Positions 13,517 to 26,658 of a stretch of 63,394 nt of DNA are shown here, in pieces. Position 1 is the first letter of the stretch; each line of letters starts with the position of its first letter. A program made the translations under genes and the position numbers. Location: NCBI GenBank assembly GCA_965644295.1, contig CBFFRP010000179.1, positions 1-63,394 of the forward strand, in the 5' to 3' direction. Source of the stretch: Paraphysomonas bandaiensis (taxonomy: Eukaryota; Protista; Chrysophyceae). The notes beneath the pieces were generated by a model, which had not been told where the DNA came from, did no database searches, and saw only the letters and a program-made list of their open reading frames with translations.

Positions 13517-14626
13517 CTAAGCATCATCATGCATATCTTCTCCGGTGCCGTAACATGCTGGTATTCCGGTATTCGATAAATACGTTCTGAATTTCATTTT
13601 GAGCTTTTTCTCAGTGATAGTAGCTTCCATGCGAATAAACTTCGCCCAAGCATAAACACGTGGCAATTCCCCGCCAGAACTCGACGTAGCACTCAGTCCT
13701 TCGTAGAGCACAGGATGGATCCTTCCTCCATACTCCTTCATACCCAACCACGAAGCTATTGACGCATGCGATTCAATGACTACTTTGGTTTCGCCTGTAT
13801 AAGCAAGTGAAAAGGTGCCATAATCTCCAAAGGCGGCCTTTGCAAAGTCCACAGATGGGATTATAACTGTGACTTCAGTTAAAGGCTTCTTTCCTGCTGA
13901 ATGGGGAGTGCGCTTGATAGCGGAACAAATTATTCGGCGGAGCGCTATCATAAATCTCTGTAATTCTTCGGTGTCTACAGTTGCACTGGATTGAGTAGCA
14001 CTAACAGTGGAAAATTCCTCTGATCTCTCTGCGTCTACTGCTGTAGCGGAGCCTGTCTTAGTCCCTGGGGATTTTGATGACATCCTTCTCCGGCTCTGGC
14101 GGGATTCATCAGCAAGAGGAACATTCACAGGTAACTCTCCAAGAACACGCTTTTTCCCTACAATCATTTTTTGTTTACGGGTAGATGACGACGTCTCTTC
14201 TCTTTCAGTTTCCACATACTTTTTATGTTTTCCTTTTGATATATTCACATAACTACTGCTCGTATCCCGCTCTGTACGAGCAGTGTATTGACTCGTCTCA
14301 GCACTCCCCTGAGACTCCGCTGTGCGGCTATGTATAGATCTCATGATTGGTTTCTTATGAAGTATTTCATCACTCCCCTGAGACTCCTCTGTATGGCTAT
14401 GTATAGATCTCATGATTGGTTTCTTATGAAGTATTTCATCACTCCCCTGAGACTCCTCTGTATGGCTATGTATAGATCTCATGATTGGTTTCTTATGAAG
14501 TATTTCATGGATCTTGTTTCTAGAGGGAACTGATGTATGAGCCCTCATATTAGCTGTTGATACACTAGGGGATGATGAGGGATACAGACGCTGAAATGAA
14601 CAGCGATGGATGGTGTGTTTTTTCAT
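13517..14626 (-). CDS. Hypothetical protein with three 23-aa tandem repeats
   Basis: 369-aa intronless ORF; N-terminal half low-complexity, C-terminal half globular-looking; family not recognised. Confidence 0.55.
   Translation of the reverse strand: MKKHTIHRCSFQRLYPSSSPSVSTANMRAHTSVPSRNKIHEILHKKPIMRSIHSHTEESQGSDEILHKKPIMRSIHSHTEESQGSDEILHKKPIMRSIHSRTAESQGSAETSQYTARTERDTSSSYVNISKGKHKKYVETEREETSSSTRKQKMIVGKKRVLGELPVNVPLADESRQSRRRMSSKSPGTKTGSATAVDAERSEEFSTVSATQSSATVDTEELQRFMIALRRIICSAIKRTPHSAGKKPLTEVTVIIPSVDFAKAAFGDYGTFSLAYTGETKVVIESHASIASWLGMKEYGGRIHPVLYEGLSATSSSGGELPRVYAWAKFIRMEATITEKKLKMKFRTYLSNTGIPACYGTGEDMHDDA
14302..14508. repeat. 69-bp tandem repeat x3 (EILHKKPIMRSIHSHTEESQGSD)
   Basis: Near-identical units visible in both DNA and translation. 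Confidence 0.92.
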
Positions 14627-15034
14627 GAGTAATATGGAAGATGTTTTGTTCTATAGAAGGAGTGCAGTGGTGTTGTATATAGTGTGATATGATTGTATAT
14701 GTTATGATCTATATGATACTATGATCTAGATGAGAACTCCGTGGAGCTAGCTATACACGACGACTATAGGCAGAGAGTGTATGGGGTGATATGATTGGAT
14801 GATGGACGAGGAATACTGCTGTGGAATACACCAACTATTTCATGTATGTGTGGGATGATGGTGTGTGTGTGGTATGGACAGAGCAGTCGTCTCAATAAAA
14901 TTTATTATAAAAACAAAAATTACAACAGTAAAAAATAAAATATTGACCACTATATGAGATCTGCTATATAAAAACTCCAATATTTTTCATTTTTTCATAT
15001 TTACAATTTTTAATATTACAAAACCAAACAAACA

Positions 15035-15152
15035 CATACATGTACATGCATACATACATACATACATACATACATACATACATACATACATACATACATA
15101 CATACATACATACATACATACATACATACATACATACATACATACATACATA
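15035..15152. repeat. (CATA)n microsatellite
   Basis: Directly visible; ~100 bp upstream of the ATG at 15253. Confidence 0.97.
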
Positions 15153-15252
15153 GATAAGCCTTACTATATATATATACATACTAACACCCTCGTCACTTAA
15201 CCATATATAACCATACACTACATCCCTTCTTATTATCTTATGATCTAACCAC

Positions 15253-17631
15253 ATGTCAACTGATTTAGATTATATTGATGTGGAATTTGATTTTGAAAGT
15301 TATGTACGTGAATCTGTACTGCCTCAAATAGTGGAAACACCACAAGCTAACAATACATTTGGATTAGGTAACTTTGGTCGAGTTGATCCAAAGTTACGTA
15401 CTGTAGTATGCCTATACTGGCTATTAGGATTATGTCAAAAAGGGGAAAATTGTGATTTTTTACATAAATTTGATAAATCTAAAATGCCACAATGTAAACA
15501 TGGAAAATCTTGTAAGATAAAAAACTGTCCATTGAAACATGAAGATGAAGAAGAGCGTGCAGAGTGTATATTCTTTCGTCAAGGATTTTGGTATGTTATA
15601 ATATATGGATATATATGTAGTATGAGGCTATGTGGTGTGTAGTATGCATGGTCCAGTGTGCAAGTTTAGGCATATCAAGAGACCCCCAGATGAGTGCCCT
15701 TCAGTTGCAACCTTCGACCAGTACGTCGCTTCAGGTAGATATTCTAGAGTAGTCGTATAGAAGTTTATGCTTTTTTATAACAGGAAATGTTCCATTGTCA
15801 AAGAAGCGCAAAACTCACCAGCCGAATCAGTTTTATAAGATCACTCTCTGCAAGCATTGGCTGGAACATGGAAATTGCCCTTTCGGCGAGGAATGTCACT
15901 ATGCTCACGGCGAGGCGGACCTGAAGATGGTTGCTGGACAAGGCGAAGGGGAATCACAAGGGGATGAGGGTTATGATCCGCTAAAGGGACGAATGGATGC
16001 AGTGCTGGACCTGCCGTATAATAGCACCACAAAGGCAGCGTATTTCCTAATGCACGCCCCTGACCTAGCTACCCTACAACGCGCAAGGGTTCGAGGATAC
16101 TGGGGCACATCTTTACGCATTGCTCACGAAATGAACGATGCTGTACGTACCTTCGAATGGGTAGTTATATTTTTTACTGTCCGCGGGCTAAAAGGTGTCT
16201 ATGGCGTGGCATCTGTGCCTACTATGATACCAATTGTGCCCTCGCCATACTCTCCATTAGTGGTGGAGTTTCCTGTACGTTGGATGCGCACAGTACGGAT
16301 GTCGATGCGAATGCTATCCCACCTTAAAATGGTATCCGGGGGCAGCACAAATGTAGGCCGGAGCAATTTTGATGGACGGATAGACAAAAATGCAGGGTAC
16401 GAAATTCTTCTAATCGCATATCGTAAACCGGAGTGGGACTGGCATGCGGATATTGAAAGGGCGAGTTGTACGATATCTGATAATGGAACCCTCACAGCTG
16501 TCTCTCCCCCTGCTCCTCCGTCACCAGATCCGACCATACTATTCTCCATGCAGTGGATACAGCAGGCTTTCTCTGGAGGGCACGGGCGTGGTGACGACGC
16601 CAGAGGTCGAGGTGGTCCTCGGAATCATCATGCCCCTCCAGGGGATGCTGCTGGTGGTGGAGGAGATTATTATGGAGGGAATTTGCCTGGGTTTGTTGTA
16701 GGATGTACTCCTCAGATGATGCAAGAATGCTTCGCGAGGTCACTCTTTGGGCTACCAGCTAACCGAAGGGTACAGTTTTGACTAGCACATAGCGCTAGTT
16801 AATGTTTCACTATTTTCTGTCTGTAGGGCGATGCACAACAGGGTATTCGACAGGGAACTCCTTTGTTCCTTCAGGACTTAGGCTCCGGAATGTTGTATGG
16901 TTTATTTGAAGCAGTTTCCCCTCCACTCGACAATGCCGAGCCATCTGCCTGGGCAGGAAGAGACCGTGGAGCTATGACTCCTTTGCCAGTTCAGGTGAGA
17001 TTTAGGATTGTGCTACGTGCTCCTCCACTACAACCAATGGACCCAGAAGCCGCGCAAGTATTCAGCAATAGGCCACCCGCGGACCGGATAGGGCCCATCT
17101 CCTTGGGGCAGACAAAGGTCCTTTCCAACATGTTTGCTGCACGTGCTGGTGTGTGGAACCCTCCTGTAGGAGGTGGCGGAGGACCTCCCCATCGCCCTCC
17201 CCATCAGCAGGGGGCTGGTGGTGGTAGGGGCGGTCCACAATCGGGGCTCTTCTATAAACCCCCCTTCAAATTCTCCCAAAATGTTCCTGTCAACATTCCC
17301 TTCACTGGCGATGGGTTTGGAGTACGTAAGCGGTACGTTTAAATTTGCATGTCGTGTTTTCCTGACGAGTGAGATCTTGTACAGGCTTTTAGGACCCCAG
17401 GCGTCAAAGATTCATGCAGTCGTAAATGAGTTCGGTAGTCAGCAGACGATAAAGGTTAGGTTACGAGGAATTGGTTCGGGATTTAGAGAAGGGCCGAATA
17501 GAGAGGAGGCACCCGAGCCTCTGCATTTTGTTGTCAGTGTCAATGAGGAACAGTTACTCCAACCAGTATGTGCTAGTGTGCAGAAAGTTATAGACTCAGC
17601 AAGATCTGAGTACATGAGTAGTCGTGACTAA
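15253..17631 (+). CDS. CPSF30-like CCCH zinc-finger protein fused to YTH, DCD and KH domains, 5 exons
   Basis: Exons approx. 15253-15590, 15643-15734, 15784-16769, 16827-17332 and 17385-17631 join in frame. RTVVCLYWLLGLCQKGENCDFLHKFDKSKMPQC is CPSF30-type; YKITLCKHW..CPFGEECHYAHG is TIS11-type; YFLM..GYWGT..VVIFFTV..YGVA..FPVRW is YTH; GFVVGC..ECFARSLFGLP..LFL..LYGLFEA..PVQVRF is DCD; LLGP..VRLRGIGSGFREG..EPLHFVVS is KH. Confidence 0.85.
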
Positions 17632-18493
17632 AGCATGTTGGAACTGCAATACTTATTCTGCTTTTAAAATGATTGTGTTAAATAAAAAGAGAGAAAATAT
17701 GTGTATTGTTTTGGCGACATGGATAGGCGATTTTATTCTGACGAGATTCTGTCTTGTCACCAATAGGGGCCTGTTTCCTAGTTGATGTTTCCTAGTTATA
17801 AGCACATCAAAACAGAAACAGTTCAATAGAAACCGGCTCTACGTATTGCTATTGAAATAAGATTCGAAATTGGTTCGCTGTTCGTGCATTTTGCTAGCAA
17901 TAAACCTTAAGTATGTCTGACAAATACTATGTCATATACATGAATGCGATGAACGATGAGATAGCAACGAACTTCTTAAAGCAGACCATGTTATGCAAAA
18001 TATGTGACTGTACAGTATTCGCTTGAATATGTTTGGTTTTAGTACATAGACAGAAATCAAATATAGACAGACATAGTTTTGAAATGTTGAACAGTTTTAT
18101 AGCACTAGCTTTCATTTGCTTAACATGTAAAATATAAAATATAATATTGACATATTTTAATAACAATATATCGCGCAATTACAATATATCCCTTCCTGCC
18201 TAGTATGGTAAACTCAACGGCAACAATATCTACATACTAATAGTTTATAGTTTATCTATGATAGAAATGATCCTGTGCGCGTATTGTACGTAGCCAGGAA
18301 TATACTTTTCTGATCACTTCAGATAATGCAAAAGATGAGTGGCAAACACATTAGATAGAATTGTTTACAAAATTGTCTCTTTAATGACATACAAATGATA
18401 TTATTTCAAAGTCAAAAAGCAATCATTACCAAATATTACTTGGTACTAGTTCAACTATATGATAGGTTCTACATGCCTCATCCACTACGTCCA

Positions 18494-19283
18494 CTAAAAT
18501 GTTCCAAAGTTACTGCTTTGACCCATAAGACCAGTTCTATCAGTACTTTGGCTGTGTTGCGGAATATTATTTGTACCATCAAATGCATCTGAATTGCGGT
18601 TAATTTGAGCGAATCCGTAAAGTACAGCTGATGCGAACAACAGCAACCCCGCCCCTATACAAGGTGTGCTCCCAAGAAAGCATATTATAGAAAGGCATGT
18701 GTATAGCATCGCGCGAAAAACAGGAAGCTTCATGTACAGTTTCTCCATAAAGAACTCATGTGCAATATCCGCCTATGAGTAGGTTCACATAGATATGTTA
18801 ATAGTCGATAGATAGTATAGCACAGCACAGCTTCATAAGTCAATGTATGTAGACGTGTATATGGTATAGTCTAGCATTGTATAGCGCTGTGGACTATAGT
18901 ATCATGTAGTATATATAGACATGTACGTATACATATATATAGACATGTACGTATACATATATATAGACATGTACGTATACATATATATGTATGTAGAGTG
19001 CATACTGTATATAGTTAACAGCAGTGTACCTTAGGCACACATGCACAGGCAGAAGGAACCTCCCATATAGCCAACACACATCCGCATAGAATACTCCATA
19101 TAGCAATCCCTGTACTATATCCGAACACGATATTTACTATACCAAACACACAGCAACCGATAGACGCTACGGATCCACTTATATCCGCATATCTAGCCCT
19201 GTAGATACAATGAGAGAGGTTAGTAGAGGAGAGGGGACGTACCAGTCGTAGCCGGTGAATTGTTCGATGAGAGATATTGGCAT
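18494..19283 (-). CDS. TVP18/Flower (Cg6151-P)-like small membrane protein, 3 exons
   Basis: Spliced product MPISLIEQFTGYDWARYADISG..IWSILCGCVLAIWEVPSACACVPK|ADIAHEFF..FRAMLYTCLS. Four hydrophobic segments with the E-x-P and RA-x-x-Y family motifs. Confidence 0.7.
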
Positions 19284-19380
19284 ATTGATTAACTAGATTG
19301 ATAGTGCATATATATGTATATATGTGTGCTATGCTATACCATAGTCCACATATAGAGATAACACTCTGTCCAAGTATACG

Positions 19381-19427
19381 TACATACATACATACATACA
19401 TACATACATACATACATACATACATAC

Positions 19428-19458
<31 letters not shown>

Positions 19459-19479
19459 CATACATACATACATACATAC

Positions 19480-19510
<31 letters not shown>

Positions 19511-19904
19511 CATACATACATACATACATACATACATACATACATACATACATACATACATACATACATACATACATACATACATACATACATACATACA
19601 TACATACATACATACATACATACATACATACATACATACATACATACATACATACATACATACATACATACATACATACATACATACATACATACATACA
19701 TACATACATACATACATACATACATACATACATACATACATACATACATACATACATACATACATACATACATACATACATACATACATACATACATACA
19801 TACATACATACATACATACATACATACATACATACATACATACATACATACATACATACATACATACATACATACATACATACATACATACATACATACA
19901 TACA
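19381..19904. repeat. (CATA)n microsatellite, ~520 bp, between divergent TVP18-like and LSM3 starts
   Basis: Directly visible. Confidence 0.98.
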
Positions 19905-19970
19905 TGAACATGGCTGTATATGTTATTAGTTGGGTTATTTTCTCTGGTATTATAGTCATAGTATTCCATA

Positions 19971-20475
19971 ATGTCATCGGTTGAAGTACCTCTCGATCTC
20001 ATTCGTCTCTCAATAGACGAGAGGATATTTGTGAAGTGCAGAGGAGACAGAGAGCTGCGCGGGAAGCTGCATGTATGTATATCTTCATATATACACATAC
20101 GAGAGGAGGCATATATATATATATGTATACACCGCACTGTATTGTAACGCGGAGTAGTAGAGGGTCTTATATATATATAAACACACACAGAGACATACAC
20201 ATACAGCACTATGGGGACGTTACTGATATATGTATATATGTATAGGCATTTGATCAGCATCTAAATATGGTTCTCGGTGATGCGGAGGAGATTGTTACCA
20301 CCCGTGAAATAGACGAAGAAACGGATGAGGAGATTGTCCGGGTAAGTTATAGATACATTATGTTTGTTAAGGTATTACTAACACATCTACTCAGACCTCG
20401 AAGCGTACAATTGAAATGCTTTTTGTTCGTGGAGATGTGGTCATATTGGTCTCGCCCCCTTTGAGAACCGCTTAA
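19971..20475 (+). CDS. LSM3: U6 snRNA-associated Sm-like protein LSm3, 3 exons
   Basis: Exons 19971-20072, 20246-20341 and 20395-20475 give [34 protein letters not shown]|[32 protein letters not shown]|[26 protein letters not shown]. Confidence 0.96.
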
Positions 20476-20749
20476 TTGCAGTCTTATATTATATAGTATA
20501 TGCGTAGGTTGTAGTGCTAAGTACGTGCTTTGCTTGAGCCAGTCATGGATATGTAAAATTACACAATCCTTGAAATTGATAATAATTCTGTATTCACTTT
20601 GCTGATTCAGTGTATTATGCCCCTTAGAGTGTTGTAAAAATTGTATATAACTAAATGCTTAGACCAGGAATAGGAAACAACATATATTATATTATATAGT
20701 TATATACTTACACACATATATTCTATGATTATTCCCTGTGTCTGCAGAG

Positions 20750-21567
20750 CAGGGATAGGGAACAATATATTGTATTGCAATACATTGTACAATATATTGC
20801 AATATATTGTAAAATATATTGATTGGTGGACTGGTCAAATATTCCATCAATAGTGTTTCTGTTAAAAGAGCTCACAATACTATTGCAATACATTGCAATC
20901 AATATTATGATAGTCATATAAGAGAAGATTCTCAACTGTAGGGTGCAAAATGGATATAAATAACCGAGAAATTGATTACAACATTACAAAGGATAATGAA
21001 GCTGATGTTGACAATGCGACTAAAAATCTTCAGTCAGCTCAAAATATTAAGAAACGTACAGATCCACGAGTCATTAACGGTTGCCTGGCCCTGGTATGTA
21101 CTTCCAATACATGGGAGCGTCTGTTCAGCGCAACTAAACATATTATATCAGTGTTTCGCAAAAGTATCCATCCTACTTAATATGCTGTTGTTTCTGAAAG
21201 CTATTCGACAGTTTTGGCCGGATACTAGCATATTTCAATTAATTCTGTGGATGAATATGTTGATGTTGACCTCACCGATGATGGCTCAGAGGATGAGGAC
21301 GAGGTCAGAGGATGAGGACGAGGTGGATTTTTAGTAGCTATAAGCAGCAGTTGGTTTGGTTGTCATGTGATCTTAATGACTACTACTAAAAATGAAATCT
21401 ACGGATGTGTTTACCTACTGAGTAGTCATACTAATATATTGCAATACATTGACAATATATTGCAATATATTGTAATTGTATTGTAGGACCAGTTTAAAAA
21501 ATCCATCAATATTATTGATGGAACGCTATCTAACAATAGTATTGCAATATATTGTTCCCTATCCCTG
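20750..21567 (+). mobile_element. Non-autonomous hAT element (family A), complete termini
   Basis: Perfect 23-bp TIR CAGGGATAGGGAACAATATATTG, 8-bp TSD CTGCAGAG on both sides, and an internal hAT dimerisation-domain remnant (TSNTWERLFS..LLFLK..FW). Confidence 0.93.
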
Positions 21568-22257
21568 CTGCAGAGTCGCCCATCAGTGCGTTCACAATCT
21601 CATGTTCACCTTCGCGAATAGTACGTGGGGTTTCTCGTTGCTGTATATTGTGTATATTTCGAGCAGATTTTAGTAAGGCCACGATGAAGCACTTATTGTG
21701 TAGATCTAGCTACTACAGCTTGCTCCGACTAGCGTAATTGTATTAATCAGACATTCAATAACACATTCTCTCCGAATATGACCAACCGGTGGTATAACCG
21801 GTGTAGATTTTTTAGATGATCATGTGGCCATTATGTAGTGTTTGCTGTTGTTAAATGTTTTGTTTTCATTTGGCTTTTCGATTCTAAAACTCCACAACTA
21901 TAAGCGCCCAGTGTGACATATCTATCAGCCCGCTAAAGGCTATTCCTATGTGTCTCTTGGGCAATTTGTTAAATCCGCGTTCTAAGTATATCTCATCTGA
22001 CATATTCTGCGCCATATTCACTTGCTCTTGCACACCTCACATCATTCGCCGTGTACAGACTCTTCGCTAGCTGGGAACCCCTTATCAGTGAGATCTAGCA
22101 ATATCAGTGAGTCGTCCAATATATAACCTCTAGAACCTTAGCCTCTCAGATTCAACACTGTCGACGAACTCTACTCCAGATTTACTTGAAATAATCTGCA
22201 TTGTGACTTTTCTGCCTGCACTGTGTTGTAGAATCAAAATCATGTATGTGCTTTGGA

Positions 22258-22358
22258 GTAGTGAATGTCTTATGATTAGCCATAATTTTATCATCAAGAT
22301 TATTAAACTAACTAGTACTCAACTCTGCTACTTTTTAACGCTACGAAAGCTGCTTGTG
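22258..22358 (-). mobile_element. Short LINE/SINE 3'-tail copy
   Basis: Shares CACAAGCAGCTTTCGTAGCGTTAA and terminal GACATTCACTAC with the 6199-6380 tail. Confidence 0.7.
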
Positions 22359-22458
22359 GGGGATACTACAATTTGTACACACAATAATACAGCATAAACA
22401 CCAGCGAAAAGCATCAACAAGCTACAAGTATGTCAGTAGATCATAATACATAATACAT

Positions 22459-22615
22459 CAGGGCTAGGAAACAATATATTGCAATATATTGTAAAATATA
22501 TTGATTGGTCGACCGGCCAAAAATCCCATCAATATTGTCTCTGTTAAAGTATAAGAAAAATAAGAAAAAGCCTATTTTTGGTATTATTTTCTATATTTTA
22601 TGTATCGCCAGTAGT
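22459..22615 (+). mobile_element. hAT family A 5' end fragment
   Basis: CAGGGCTAGGAAACAATATATTGCAATATATTGTAAAATATATTGATTGG matches the family A left end. Confidence 0.7.
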
Positions 22616-23091
22616 ACACTTATTTCTCAACATTACTACTATTACAACCACATGTCACAATTTTCATTACCTATATAACATCTAACATCTATACTGTTGT
22701 AATTAATTACATGTTACTCTATACCCCCTAGTAAACGAACACTTCTATTGACGCTACGGCTACGACAAGCGCTGTCTAAATACTACAAGATATACTACTT
22801 TTATATACGAAATCAAACACTTGAGATTTAACTATTAATAAAACATAAAGTGTGAAATTAATAATTGAATTTTTAAACTATTTTCCACAATCATCAGTGC
22901 ACGCAAGAGCAAGTTATTTTTCTCAAAGAAAACCAACCTCAAATCAATGAGTGATAATGCTAAAGTTTTACACTACAGATACACACGAGATATTAAATTT
23001 ACAAAGCCACGAATGGACCACCAGTATTAGGACCCTACACAGATGATTCTCCATCTTGATTCAATTGTATCTGGTTCCGTAAATTCTTCTG

Positions 23092-26000
23092 TTACAACAA
23101 ATTAATTCGCACCACATCAATAGTACGGTGCCATACCTCTCCTGCACTAGCGTGGATGTTTACCATCCCAATAATATTACCCCTGGACATACCTTCTCTC
23201 TGTCGATACCTCGACCTTGAATCTGCTTCCGGGATACGTACCAGATCCTTCTCATTGTGAAGGGTGTCGTTCTCACCATCACTAGCAGCTGTAGCACTCC
23301 TCTCACTATGGATCTCAGTGCGCTCACTGCCATCACCGTCTCCAAGCACACGCTCTCGCCAACCCTTTCCACGCGTGCTATCATCGGTACCCTGACCTAA
23401 TTCGGCAGTTTTAACCTGGCGCCACATCGCAGCTACTAACACCGCTACAGCGGCAAGAGCAACAAGAAGAACAGGAATGAATATTAAGCCTTCCTGGCGA
23501 AGCGTTTCGTCCATAATCACATGTTTAACAGCTGCCTGGCCGTTTCCAATGGGACCAGGAGTAGGCGATGACGACAAACTGACAAAGCTGTAACTAATGT
23601 CTGTTTTCCTAATGGGCAATACACGATCTATCCTGGCGAACGAGAGAGTAGAAGACGGATAAGAAGACGAAAAGTAACGAATGGTGCTCTGAAGACTTCC
23701 GTCCCGGAAACTGTCATCAAGAGCTCGTTGTTTATCGTTCACGAAGCGATCAACATCATGATAGTTCGATCCCACTACGTCGTAGTCTTCTACCACAACG
23801 CTCACCACGAATGTTATGTCAAGCACATAAGTCTCCGTGAGGTGGCGTTTGAAAGTAAGCAGCTGAGTAAGGTGGGATACAAGTGGCAAAGGATCCATAC
23901 TGGTTCTCCTGTGCCCACTGTGACCATCATCATTATCATCATCATTATCATCATCATCACCATATCCGCTAGAGCACAACACATGGGGATCAGTTGAACA
24001 AACAGACAACACAGCCACATTCGCCTCATCCACACCGAGGATACTAGCAATAGCAGCCTCCATAACAACAGTATCCAACACAGAGAGAGTACTAGCAAAG
24101 ACATTCTCTACAAGTACCTCTCCACGCATGGTAACAGTAGTGCGTTCAACTGTCGCACCCATGGCAGCAGCGGTTTGCTGTCGACCAGGAATGCACTTAC
24201 CCTTGTGCATAGCAAATGAAAGCTCTTCACTAGCCCCACCGCTTACGCCACAGAAAGTCCACGACACTTGTAAGGCCGCATCCTCATCCCCAGCTCCACC
24301 CACTCGGAAATAATAGTCTCCATCAGGCAGGCTTGTTACACAGTCCTCTTTGATCAAATCTCCACATACCGTGCCCGAATCAAGCAGATGAGTTTTAGAA
24401 TTGTCAGATATGGAGTAGCGAGTGCCCAGACCGGAGGAGAGAAACCAACCATCACCAACCACGTCGTGCAGAACAAAAGGTAGATCGTGCTCTTTCGGAA
24501 GAGGGGTGTCAGGTTGCGGATTAGGGTCATGTGGAGGTGGAGGAGGAGGAGGAGGGGAAGGGTGTCGGCATCTTCTGCACTCCGCGAACTTCTTGACCAA
24601 ACCGCGGGTGGGTGGTTCGCGTATCTCAAATTCACCAGAAGATCCAAAGTTAAAGTCCATCCTAGTCTTGCTGTCACCTGCATAACAATGAAATAGAATA
24701 TAAATATGGGAACGAATCCACTTACCACTATAAATCTGGTAGTACCCAGAACTCTTGGTGGCAACCTGCCAGAGTATCTCCCACTCGTTGTGCACTCCTT
24801 CCCAAGGCAGATGGATTTCCATAGTATAGGAACCTCTGTCACTCCAGCGGTCTTCATCTAGAGAAGCACATACTTGAAATACAAGTGGATTGTCGCCAGG
24901 CGAAGGGGCATAAGCATCTGAAGTAAAGTAGCGGTTCCCCTGATTGTGTAATGGACCACCAGGGACCGGAGGTGCCACTTCACCTGTGTGATTGAGGATA
25001 AAAGTCGCCCCTGACCATCCATCTCCAAATTCATCAACAAGGGTAATACTGCAAAAAAGTGAGGCAATGACAGCTAGATATTAATAACATTCAGACACTT
25101 ACAGAAGACAGTCTCCGTTCAGCGCTGTAGGGATGGATGTTGGGGCCATTTGAAGAGTAGGGGCATGAGAGACAGTTGGCGCTAGTGTAGGTTCAGCAGA
25201 TGGTAATGGAGTCGGGCTCGAGGTAGGAGCAGAAGAAGTGGGGGAAGATGAAGATGGGGCCACCGTAGGAAACAACGAAGGTGGGGACGTAGGCCGTATG
25301 GTGGGGGCAACTGTTGGTGAAGAAGTTGGCCGATGGGACACTGTCGGAGCAACTGTAGGGCGCTGTGAAATAGTTGGGGCGAGAGTAGGGGAAGGAGTAT
25401 CCACCCAAGTACTAACACGACGGATGGCTGAGTTACCATAGTCCGCTACATACAACTGTGGTCCAGTGCCGAGTTTACCGGTCGAGCTATAAAAACTCAG
25501 AGTCACAGGATAGCTGAACTGGGCCTTATTGGAAAACCCATCTTTGTATCCTGTTGACCGTCCTATAATGCTGCGGAAACTCCCTTCATTACCGGCATAG
25601 TAATCCACCTCTAATGTGTCCAGCTGGAGTCGACGTACAGCCACGGCACCCAGAGCCCCGACAGAAGTGCCGGAGCTAAGGTGAGAGTACACCTCCACCC
25701 AGTACAGCACGTTATCGTCGCCGTCATACTCCATATGCATAGGGAAAGTCACAAGGGAAAATCCCGTAACCTTCGCAGAATTAAGGTTCCCATTCCGGGG
25801 ACGAGGGTAGGTCTGCGGTATGTTGTATTTGACACCGTCCGACACATATACGGACACCTCCGAACTGCTCTGGCACCGAAGCGGCATACGTACAATGGCA
25901 CTTCGAGAAAACGTGTACGCAACGTAGAGCTCCTCGGTACGGGTATTCACAGCAATCGAAGATATAAAAATCTTGGCTGTGCTTATGTCATAATCATTGG

Positions 26001-26658
26001 CCTGCTGCCATGTCTTCAGAGCGCGGTACCTTGTCATGACAGCTGCAGAGAAGGATCCGGACAATGTTCCATCACTCCCAGTGATATTGTACACACTTTG
26101 ACTATCGCTAACGTAAAAATACTCCCCGTATTGTTTGATATCGAGTTCAGGATTGTTATCTGAGACAGCACTACCCAGCAGAGTAAGTTTAGAACCAGTC
26201 GAGGTCTTCATTGTGCCAACAGTACTGCTGACAAAATCTATATACCGTATGAACCCATTCGATCTATCAGTCAATACAAGTCTCTTTAAATCCTCCAAAT
26301 ATATCATACGTGAGGGATCCGCAAATGTAGCTTGTGATAATGATCCATCACTTACACCTGAAGCTCCAGTCCCTGCTACTTTAGTCACAGTACATGATCC
26401 AGTCTCCTCACAGACTCTGTTGGTTGTAATAAAGTTAATATCAGAATTACTAAATGAAGAAAAAAAGATTCCTTCTGAACCCAAATAATAGCCTGATGCG
26501 ATCCCCACTGGAGTAGATAAACCATTAGCTACAGTCGACACATTCACAATCTTATTGTCAGGTAGATTAAGATCATACAAGCTTCTAGATTCCATATGAC
26601 TATCACATAAAACAATATGTATGAATATAAGCAGCATAGCTGCATAATTTAATGCCAT
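23092..26658 (-). CDS. Type I membrane/surface protein: signal peptide, NHL-type beta-propeller, Pro/Thr (PT) stalk, DxxGDGW modules, C-terminal TM
   Basis: ORFs 25099-26658 and 23092-24978 join via an intron at ~25049-25102. VAGTG..DG..ATF.DP and GYKDG..AQFSYP..LYVADYGNSAIRRV are NHL-type; PTxAPT repeats; TM segment LIFIPVLLVALAAVAVLVAAMW. Confidence 0.8.

Noticed and set aside
19381-19904. Interstitial telomere
   Set aside because: The TATG unit lacks the G-runs of telomeric repeats, and the arrays associate with gene starts.
19905-20001. Apparent upstream exon ([10 protein letters not shown]...) for the TVP18-like gene using the repeat's GTATGT as donor
   Set aside because: It overlaps LSM3 exon 1 in antisense, and a family-consistent ATG exists at 19283.
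20664-20738. Mini-MITE with family A-like ends
   Set aside because: Termini are degenerate and no TSD is present.
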